A stretch of 23,327 bases of DNA. It comes from a virus. Under the pieces are notes generated by a model that saw only the letters and a program-made list of their open reading frames with translations, did not search any database and had not been told where the DNA came from. Positions 6,846-12,731 of this stretch are shown piece after piece. The first letter of the stretch is position 1. Each line of letters opens with the position of its first letter. The stretch lies in IMG/VR virus record IMGVR_UViG_3300029705_000088. The stretch is one strand, 5' to 3'. The position numbers and the translations under genes were made by a program.

Positions 6846-7277
6846 ATGAAAAATATTTACGCTGTTAAGAATTACGTCCGCTTTGATGATGAATGGGAAG
6901 AAATTTTTGTGTGGGATTACAATTATGAGTATCTCACCCCCGAAGAAGCAAAAACCTTTGAAGATACTTTCCGCACGACCTGCCGCACGTTTGAGGAACT
7001 GCGCGAAGAGGTAGACAGATTCCCCGGTATCAAAGAAAATTATACCTTTTTCCGGCGCAGTCCTTACATCCGTGTGCAGGGTTCTGATTGGGATAGCTAT
7101 GGCAAATATTATGATGAAAAGCATTTCAAGAAGCCTATTAGCTTCAAGAAGGTCTGTAAAAGAGTTAATAACCTTTCCATTAATGATTTGATGAAAGTAT
7201 TAACTGCAGAAGATTTTGCAGACTGGTGGAAAGACCACGCAGGCGAAACGCAGTGCCCGTTCAAAAAGAATTCATAA
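6846..7277 (+). CDS. Hypothetical protein (143 aa)
   Basis: RBS aaaggagataaaacaATG. Confidence 0.8.
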   Translation: MKNIYAVKNYVRFDDEWEEIFVWDYNYEYLTPEEAKTFEDTFRTTCRTFEELREEVDRFPGIKENYTFFRRSPYIRVQGSDWDSYGKYYDEKHFKKPISFKKVCKRVNNLSINDLMKVLTAEDFADWWKDHAGETQCPFKKNS

Positions 7278-7296
7278 AATAAATACAAATTATACA

Positions 7297-7325
7297 TTGA
7301 CTTTCTCTCTTGGATGTGGTATAAT
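7297..7325 (+). promoter_or_regulatory. Sigma70-type promoter
   Basis: ttgact at 7297-7302 and tgtggtataat ending at 7325. Confidence 0.8.
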
Positions 7326-7367
7326 ATATATACCCTCCAAGAGAGAGGGTAGAAAGAGGTAAAACAA

Positions 7368-7604
7368 ATGAGAGTTGAGGACATGAGAAATAAGGACAAA
7401 GAGGTAACAATTAAAGACATTAAAGTCGGTGAATGCTTCATTGACTGTGATGGCGATTTAAATATGAAAATAAAAAATATTGAATCTTTTGATTATGAAT
7501 CTATTAATGCTGTAGTGCTTTTAACTGGTCAACTGTGGGCTTGTGATGAAGATAGCCCTATAACTCCAGTAAAAACGCACATTGTAATTGAATCGGAGGG
7601 ATAA
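7368..7604 (+). CDS. Hypothetical protein (78 aa)
   Basis: Leader hairpin ccctc caagaga gaggg at 7333-7349. RBS agaaagaggtaaaacaaATG. Confidence 0.7.
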   Translation: MRVEDMRNKDKEVTIKDIKVGECFIDCDGDLNMKIKNIESFDYESINAVVLLTGQLWACDEDSPITPVKTHIVIESEG

Positions 7605-7610
7605 AAAAAA

Positions 7611-8084
7611 ATGAATATTTTAATTTTTGCAATCGCTACTGTAATTAACGTATCACTTTCCACTATCCGCGCCATTACCACCATTAAAAGCGGTAAATGG
7701 CTGTCCGCTGTGATGAATGCGGTTTGTTATGGTTTCTATCCTCTGATTGTCATGCTGACCGCGCAAGGCACCGTAGGCATTTTGGTGAATATGGCAATTA
7801 CTGCCATCGCAAATTTCATCTGCGTATGGATTATTAAGTTTGTAGAGGAAAAGGCGCGTAAAGATAAACTCTGGAAGATTGAAGCATCTGTGTGTGAGCC
7901 TTACACCGAAAGCCTTTATAATGACTTAAGAGAAAATGGAATTTCTTGTAATTATATTCCCAACATTGGTAAATATACCATTTTCAACATTTACGCAGAA
8001 ACGCAAGCGCAAAGCCTTATTGTAAAAGGACTGCTTGAAGCCAACAAAGCAAAGTATTTTGTGAGCGAAACAAAAATTCTTTAA
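7611..8084 (+). CDS. Membrane protein, UPF0316/DUF2179-like (157 aa). It has N-terminal TM helices and a soluble C-terminal domain.
   Basis: RBS ggagggataaaaaaaaATG. The hydrophobic N-terminus carries a TIR motif, and the layout resembles the UPF0316 (YebE-type) family. This family assignment is recalled from memory and is not a verified similarity. Confidence 0.6.
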   Translation: MNILIFAIATVINVSLSTIRAITTIKSGKWLSAVMNAVCYGFYPLIVMLTAQGTVGILVNMAITAIANFICVWIIKFVEEKARKDKLWKIEASVCEPYTESLYNDLRENGISCNYIPNIGKYTIFNIYAETQAQSLIVKGLLEANKAKYFVSETKIL

Positions 8085-8103
8085 AAAACTTTCGCAAAAC
8101 CTA

Positions 8104-8132
8104 TTGACAAATTCAAAAAAGTGTGGTATAAT
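8104..8132 (+). promoter_or_regulatory. Sigma70-type promoter with TTTCGCAAAACC element
   Basis: ttgaca at 8104-8109 and tgtggtataat at 8122-8132. Confidence 0.8.
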
Positions 8133-8174
8133 ATATACATCCCCGATACAGGGGATAGAAAGGAATAAAACAAA

Positions 8175-8498
8175 ATGAAACTTGGTATTATTTTAGCAAA
8201 ACGTAAAATGGATGAAGAAGATACTGGACATCGCATCATTAAAATTGAAACAAACAATAATGATTTCAAACAGATTATTGATAAATCAATATATATAAAT
8301 AAACATTATAAAGAAACAGATGTTGTGACACGTAGAAAAACTTTTGATAAATTGTGTGATTTACTGGATGAAATTGTTAAACCATATTGTAAAGCAGATG
8401 AAGCAGTTATTTTTGCTTGTACAGCAGATGGTTATGCATTTATTTATGATGATGAAGATTTGGTAAATGAAACAATGAAATATATTTTTAATGAATAA
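8175..8498 (+). CDS. Hypothetical protein (107 aa)
   Basis: Leader hairpin atcccc gataca ggggat at 8139-8156. RBS aaaggaataaaacaaaATG. Confidence 0.7.
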   Translation: MKLGIILAKRKMDEEDTGHRIIKIETNNNDFKQIIDKSIYINKHYKETDVVTRRKTFDKLCDLLDEIVKPYCKADEAVIFACTADGYAFIYDDEDLVNETMKYIFNE

Positions 8499-8515
8499 AA
8501 ATTTTACTAAATCCC

Positions 8516-8544
8516 TTGACAAATAAGCAAAAGTGTGGTATAAT
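8516..8544 (+). promoter_or_regulatory. Sigma70-type promoter
   Basis: ttgaca at 8516-8521 and tgtggtataat ending at 8544. Confidence 0.8.
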
Positions 8545-8591
8545 AATAGTACCCCAATACAGGGGGCACTAAAAGAGAGAGGTAAAATAAA

Positions 8592-8849
8592 ATGACAAGA
8601 ATTGTAAAGCAAATGAAAATGGCAAAAATTTATGTTCCCGCTTGTTATGTTGATGGTGGACAAGGCTCTCGTGGCAACTGGACAAAAGAGACAATTTTTT
8701 ATACGGGTGCTTACACCAGCGAAACAGATATGCAGGAAAAATTTATTAAAGCAAAAGAAGAATGGGATAAAAAGAAAAAAGAATCGTGGGATACTTATTA
8801 TACAGAAGTAAAACTTATAGATTGGTGGGAAAATGTAGAAATTTTGTAA
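8592..8849 (+). CDS. Hypothetical protein (85 aa)
   Basis: Leader hairpin cccc aatacag ggggg. RBS agagaggtaaaataaaATG. Confidence 0.7.
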   Translation: MTRIVKQMKMAKIYVPACYVDGGQGSRGNWTKETIFYTGAYTSETDMQEKFIKAKEEWDKKKKESWDTYYTEVKLIDWWENVEIL

Positions 8850-8855
8850 AACCCC

Positions 8856-8884
8856 TTGACAAATCCGAAGAAATGTGATATAAT
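8856..8884 (+). promoter_or_regulatory. Sigma70-type promoter overlapping the end of the upstream CDS
   Basis: ttgaca at 8856-8861 and tgtgatataat ending at 8884. Confidence 0.8.
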
Positions 8885-8926
8885 AATAGTACCCCCAATA
8901 AAGGGGGGAGAAAGAGGTAAAATAAA

Positions 8927-9160
8927 ATGAAAGTTGCTGTTACACTTTATCGCACGATTGAAATGGATGTAAATGAAGAAGTTTTTGAAAGACTTCATGA
9001 AATCCATAAAGACCCTACCACTTTTGGAGAAGATGAAGATTATTCCGAAGCAAAAGAAATTATCACAAACAGACTGCTGGCACGCTGTGAACTTCATAAT
9101 GGTGAAGAAATTATCGGCGTGTATGCGGCGGAAGATGATATTCCGATTCTTGAATTTTAA
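8927..9160 (+). CDS. Hypothetical acidic small protein (77 aa)
   Basis: Leader hairpin ccccc aataaa gggggg. RBS agaaagaggtaaaataaaATG. Confidence 0.7.
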   Translation: MKVAVTLYRTIEMDVNEEVFERLHEIHKDPTTFGEDEDYSEAKEIITNRLLARCELHNGEEIIGVYAAEDDIPILEF

Positions 9161-9163
9161 TAA

Positions 9164-9200
9164 GGAGAGGGCGCAAGCCCCTCTCTTTCTTTTACTTTTG
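9164..9200 (+). terminator. Intrinsic terminator (ggagaggg cgcaag cccctctc followed by tttcttttactttt)
   Basis: GC stem followed by a T-run. Confidence 0.75.
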
Positions 9201-9472
9201 GCATTCATAATTTATTTACAAATTATTTATAAAAAACACTTGACTTTTGAGTCGCCCGCGGCCGGAGGTCACGGGCGAAATTTTGTCAAGAGATATCGTA
9301 TAAAAAAATTGTAAACATTTTATTAACAATCAAGTGAATTAGCCGTTTTCCCGTAATAAAAAATTAACAAATGAACATAGACTCGTTCACATATTATACC
9401 ATTACCAAAAATTGACAATCTGACTTGTTCTTGGATATTGAAAAAATTTTTTGAGAAATTTTGAAAAACCTC

Positions 9473-9501
9473 TTGACAAAAACGTGATTGTGTGGTATAA
9501 T
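9473..9501 (+). promoter_or_regulatory. Sigma70-type promoter with no ORF downstream (first of three tandem promoters)
   Basis: ttgaca at 9473-9478 and tgtggtataat at 9491-9501. Confidence 0.75.
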
Positions 9502-9579
9502 ATATATGTACCAAACAAAAGGATGCGCGGGGACGCCGAAAGCCACTCAAAAAAATTTGAAAAACTTTTCAAAAACCCC

Positions 9580-9608
9580 TTGACAAATCGCTCAAAGTAT
9601 GGTATAAT
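9580..9608 (+). promoter_or_regulatory. Sigma70-type promoter (class-A copy) driving an ORF-less structured transcript
   Basis: ttgaca at 9580-9585 and tataat at 9603-9608. Confidence 0.8.
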
Positions 9609-9614
9609 ATATAT

Positions 9615-9720
9615 GTCAGGGGCGAGGGTGAGTAAAACCTCGTAAAAAATCTCCTCATCAAGTGAAGTCCAAAATGCGATAAATTGACTTCAAATCTTGA
9701 TAGTATCGCAAAAAATTTTT
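9615..9720 (+). ncRNA. Candidate small non-coding RNA (about 105 nt): a 5' hairpin plus an H-type pseudoknot, ending in AAAAAATTTTT
   Basis: There is no ORF beyond a 10-codon one. The 5' hairpin is cgagg...cctcg (9623-9642). The pseudoknot has S1 at 9657-9669 paired with 9686-9701, and S2 tgcgata (9675-9681) paired with tatcgca (9704-9710), interleaved. Confidence 0.4.
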
Positions 9721-9741
9721 GAAAAACTTTTCAAAAACCCC

Positions 9742-9770
9742 TTGACAAATACCATAAAGTATGGTATAAT
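9742..9770 (+). promoter_or_regulatory. Sigma70-type promoter for cassette B
   Basis: ttgaca at 9742-9747 and tataat at 9765-9770. Confidence 0.8.
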
Positions 9771-9850
9771 ATATATACCGGGTGAGGGAAACCTACCACG
9801 GCAAACAAATTAAAAGGTTGGCAACCTAAACAGCTGAAAGGATTGATACC

Positions 9851-10249
9851 ATGGCTAACACTAATTCTACTCTCAACGCTACCGCAAAGAAGCTCACCAA
9901 GCGTGACCACTTCAACGCCCTCCTCGCTATCCCCTCTGTAGCATCTAACCCCACGCTCGTTGAATTCATTGAAAATGAGCTTGACCTACTGGCTCGTAAG
10001 AACGCTAAGCCGTCTGGCAAGCAGATGGAAAAGAAGGAAGCAAACGATGCGCTGAAGCAGGCAATGCTTGACTACCTCGCAAATGATGGCGGTCAGCACA
10101 CCGTTACTGACTTCATCAAGAATGTTCCCGAATGCGCTGGACTGTCCCAGCAGAGAATCACTGCGCTTGTCCGTCAGCTGGTAGAAGATGGCAAGATGGA
10201 AAAGGTGATTGAAAAGCGCGTTTCCTACTTCAAGCTGGCAGAGGTTTAA
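9851..10249 (+). CDS. Hypothetical protein (132 aa), cassette B gene 1, paralogue of 5750..6139
   Basis: The same structured leader ending gctgaaaggattgataccATG. About 60% identity to the cassette A protein by eye. C-ending codon bias. Confidence 0.8.
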   Translation: MANTNSTLNATAKKLTKRDHFNALLAIPSVASNPTLVEFIENELDLLARKNAKPSGKQMEKKEANDALKQAMLDYLANDGGQHTVTDFIKNVPECAGLSQQRITALVRQLVEDGKMEKVIEKRVSYFKLAEV

Positions 10250-10284
10250 TCCTCTGCCACGCCTAACCAAAAGAGGTGATGAAG

Positions 10285-10692
10285 ATGGAACTGACCCGAG
10301 CCGACAAAGCGCAAGTCAAGCGAATTCAAGAGGGCTTGCGCTGTACCGAAGAAGAAGCTCTTGAGGTTTTGTCCTATGACAAGGAAGTTGAGAAGGCTTC
10401 CGCTAATGACAGGCTGGCGTACGACCTTGACAAGGAGACAGAGAAGGAAGCGATGCGTATGGCTAACTGCCGCGACCGCAAGCCTACTGTTTACAATTTC
10501 TCCCAGCGTGAGCGCAAGGCAAATCCCACAAAGGGCGGAATAATCGCAGAATTGGCGGAGTTTTTGACAAAAAACAGTCAGTTTGCGACCGAAGATGTGG
10601 AAATTACCAACAAAGAACGGCAAATTGCGTTCAAAATTGGTGAAGATGCCTTTGAATTGACGCTTGTTCAGAAGCGAAAGCCCAAAAAGTAA
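10285..10692 (+). CDS. Hypothetical protein (about 136 aa), cassette B gene 2, paralogue of 6171..6527
   Basis: RBS aagagg. Candidate ATGs lie at 10279 and 10285; the track uses GTG at 10276. Confidence 0.7.
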   Translation: MELTRADKAQVKRIQEGLRCTEEEALEVLSYDKEVEKASANDRLAYDLDKETEKEAMRMANCRDRKPTVYNFSQRERKANPTKGGIIAELAEFLTKNSQFATEDVEITNKERQIAFKIGEDAFELTLVQKRKPKK

Positions 10693-10694
10693 AG

Positions 10695-10724
10695 AAAAGT
10701 GGGAATTTTTCCCACTTTTCACTT
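10695..10724 (+). terminator. Intrinsic terminator (aaaagtggga atttt tcccactttt)
   Basis: 10-bp stem followed by a T-run. Confidence 0.7.
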
Positions 10725-10749
10725 AAATTTTAGTCAAAAAGATGCAAAA

Positions 10750-11097
10750 ATGGCAGAAAAAGAGTTTCTTTATGTGGGTTTTTACCACGATACCGACAAA
10801 AATTTTGTTCTAAAGATTGGAACAACTAACGACCTAAAGCGCAGACAGGCAGAGCACACGCGCAATTATAGGAAAAGCCCTGAACACACAATGCCGCCAG
10901 ATGGCAAATTTACCTATTTATGGAAGCTGCCCCTTTCAAAATATAATACTCTGCGTTTTGAGGACAGAAACCGCCAAAAGTGGCAGGAAATGGGAATTGG
11001 TGAATATGTGCGGAACGACCGCTTTGTTCTCCATGAAATTCCACCACAGGTAGAAATTACCATCCGCAAAACTTATACAATCCCTCTACTGATGTAG
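10750..11097 (+). CDS. T5orf172/GIY-YIG-superfamily protein (115 aa), with no promoter of its own, inserted into copy B of the duplicated cassette
   Basis: FLYVGFYHDTDKNFVLKIGTTNDLKRRQAEH matches the GIY..YIG..R..H pattern and is paralogous to 1875..2240. The gene ends with TAG inside a terminator hairpin. Confidence 0.7.
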   Translation: MAEKEFLYVGFYHDTDKNFVLKIGTTNDLKRRQAEHTRNYRKSPEHTMPPDGKFTYLWKLPLSKYNTLRFEDRNRQKWQEMGIGEYVRNDRFVLHEIPPQVEITIRKTYTIPLLM

Positions 11098-11112
11098 AGG
11101 GATTTTCTTTTG
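11082..11112 (+). terminator. Intrinsic terminator (ccctctac tgat gtagaggg plus a T-rich tract) that contains the TAG stop
   Basis: Perfect 8-bp stem followed by attttcttttg. Confidence 0.65.
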
Positions 11113-11149
11113 TGCATAATGACGAAAATGCTGTGTTCATAATTTATTT

Positions 11150-11340
11150 ACAAAATATACTTGATTTGTTCAAACGCCCGCGACCGGAGGCCACGGGCGT
11201 TATTTTGTCAAGTGGTAATCTATACAAATTTTCAGAAATTTTTTTAACATTTTTGTACAAACCGCACAAATCCCGCAATTATGAACATTTTGTAAATAAA
11301 CAAGAATATCTATTGACATTTTTATAAAAATATGATATAA
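11150..11340. repeat. About 190-bp intergenic repeat element, copy 2 (homologue of 6590..6790)
   Basis: The same tttacaaaatatacttgatttgttcaaacgc, a GC hairpin (gcccgcgaccggaggccacgggcg), and ...caaatcccgcaattatgaacattttgtaaa. Confidence 0.8.
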
Positions 11341-11341
11341 T
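11313..11341 (+). promoter_or_regulatory. Sigma70-type promoter
   Basis: ttgaca at 11313-11318 and tgatataat ending at 11341. Confidence 0.8.
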
Positions 11342-11381
11342 ATATATACAGTAAAGAACCAACAGAAAGAGAGCAAATAAA

Positions 11382-11579
11382 ATGGATATGTGGATGAGCG
11401 ACCTTTTAGAAGCTACCGCAAGAGTAAAAGTACATAAAGGAAAAAATTTCTGTATCAAGTCTGCCCTTCCTGCGGTTGATGGCATTGTATTTGAAACTAC
11501 TTACTTCACTTACATTAAATGGTATCGCGCAGATGGACGCATTGAAGAACATTCTAAAGACGCATGGAGGAATAAATAA
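11382..11579 (+). CDS. Hypothetical protein (65 aa)
   Basis: RBS agagagcaaataaaATG. Confidence 0.65.
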   Translation: MDMWMSDLLEATARVKVHKGKNFCIKSALPAVDGIVFETTYFTYIKWYRADGRIEEHSKDAWRNK

Positions 11580-11580
11580 A

Positions 11581-11808
11581 ATGAATACACTTGTAATCAG
11601 CGAAAAGTTGATTGAATACTTTGAGCAGGAAGTAAAAGACGCAGAAAGAGCGCTTGAACGCAATCTTTACACGCCCCTTGAAATCGTAGATAACGCAAAA
11701 CAGCGAATGCTTGGAGCGACTACTCTGTGCCAGTATCTTGGTATTGAATATTTGTTCCTTGAAGCAAACTATGAAGCATACACAAAAAAACTTGAAAAAC
11801 TTTTATAA
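11581..11808 (+). CDS. Hypothetical protein (75 aa)
   Basis: ATG at 11581, in frame within the 11476..11808 ORF. RBS aggaataaataaaATG, with the stop and start adjacent. Confidence 0.65.
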   Translation: MNTLVISEKLIEYFEQEVKDAERALERNLYTPLEIVDNAKQRMLGATTLCQYLGIEYLFLEANYEAYTKKLEKLL

Positions 11809-11814
11809 AACCCC

Positions 11815-11843
11815 TTGACAAATCGCGCAAAGTATGGTATAAT
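11815..11843 (+). promoter_or_regulatory. Sigma70-type promoter (class-A copy)
   Basis: ttgaca at 11815-11820 and tataat at 11838-11843. Confidence 0.85.
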
Positions 11844-11887
11844 AATAGTACCCCCCAGAGAGGGGGGGAGAAAGAGAGTAAAATAAA

Positions 11888-12295
11888 ATGGAAAAAGTAA
11901 TGTATTTTATCGCAGAAGATGGCACGCAGTTTGAAGATGAATTTGACTGCGTACAGTATGAAGAAGAACTCCACATTAAGCAGGTGTTTGAACCTTTCTC
12001 CTGTTATGATATCAATGGACATCTTCTTGACACTAATGACGAGCATTTTGAATCCGATGATGTATATTATATTCTTGTAAAAGAAGATAATTACGAAGAT
12101 GGAAGTTATATGGAGCTGGATGATTTTATTTTTGATGGTGAATTACCTGCTCTTAGCCATGTTTTCAAAGATACTGATACCACGTTGATTTATTTCAATC
12201 GTAATTCTGACACTTGGGAAAACTGGCACGAAGAATTCAACAGGCTTACTGAAATGATGAAAATGTTTCAACTGTTTGCGGGGAAGGGCGAGTAA
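11888..12295 (+). CDS. Very acidic hypothetical protein (135 aa), a candidate DNA-mimic or anti-restriction type
   Basis: Leader hairpin cccccc agaga ggggggg. D and E residues heavily outnumber K and R residues. Confidence 0.75.
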   Translation: MEKVMYFIAEDGTQFEDEFDCVQYEEELHIKQVFEPFSCYDINGHLLDTNDEHFESDDVYYILVKEDNYEDGSYMELDDFIFDGELPALSHVFKDTDTTLIYFNRNSDTWENWHEEFNRLTEMMKMFQLFAGKGE

Positions 12296-12319
12296 TCGCC
12301 CTTCATGGAGGTAAAGAAA

Positions 12320-12475
12320 ATGACTTGTAAAGAATGCGGCTACTGTTGGAAAGAAGAGTGCGAGAAATACGCCCATTGCCACTTTGAAGGCCCGGAAGGT
12401 TGGGCACCTTGTGAGCAGGAAGAAGAGTACGAAGAAGAAGAAGATGAGGAGGATGATGAAGATGAAGCCGAATGA
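12320..12475 (+). CDS. Cys-rich small protein with a poly-acidic tail (51 aa), absent from the ORF track because it is under 60 aa
   Basis: Strong RBS ggaggtaaagaaaATG. Product is MTCKECGYCWKEECEKYAHCHFEGPEGWAPCEQEEEYEEEEDEEDDEDEAE. TGA at 12473-12475. Confidence 0.55.
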   Translation: MTCKECGYCWKEECEKYAHCHFEGPEGWAPCEQEEEYEEEEDEEDDEDEAE

Positions 12476-12731
12476 AGAAACTTTACTTGATTTAATGAAC
12501 GAATACAATGCTTTGAAACAGAAGCTTGCTAACGTTGAAAGTGCTATTAAATCACATCAAAAACAGGGCGCTAAAGAGCAGTTACGAACAGCTTTTGCTA
12601 TTTTGGAAAAAATTAACAATGACAACATTTTTGGTGATGACGATTATTATTCTGATGATTTGAATGAATATATCAATTTAACAACCATTGTTAATTGCCT
12701 TGGTTCATTTATTGAAGAAGTGGTCAAATGA
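12456..12731 (+). CDS. Hypothetical coiled-coil protein (about 91 aa); the start is uncertain (12444 to 12462) and it overlaps the previous gene in another frame
   Basis: RBS gaggagga lies upstream of a cluster of ATGs. The ORF runs 12384..12731. Confidence 0.6.
   Translation: MKMKPNEETLLDLMNEYNALKQKLANVESAIKSHQKQGAKEQLRTAFAILEKINNDNIFGDDDYYSDDLNEYINLTTIVNCLGSFIEEVVK

Noticed and set aside
9451-9645. ORF 9451..9645 (64 aa) running through two promoters
   Set aside because: The reading frame crosses the -35 and -10 elements of tandem promoters. The only RBS-like start gives a 41-aa product made of promoter-encoded sequence.
11095-11142. Read-through of the TAG that ends the GIY-YIG gene
   Set aside because: The TAG lies in the 3' arm of a perfect terminator hairpin followed by a T-run. 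The 15-codon extension has no protein-like character, so TAG is taken as a genuine stop for this gene.
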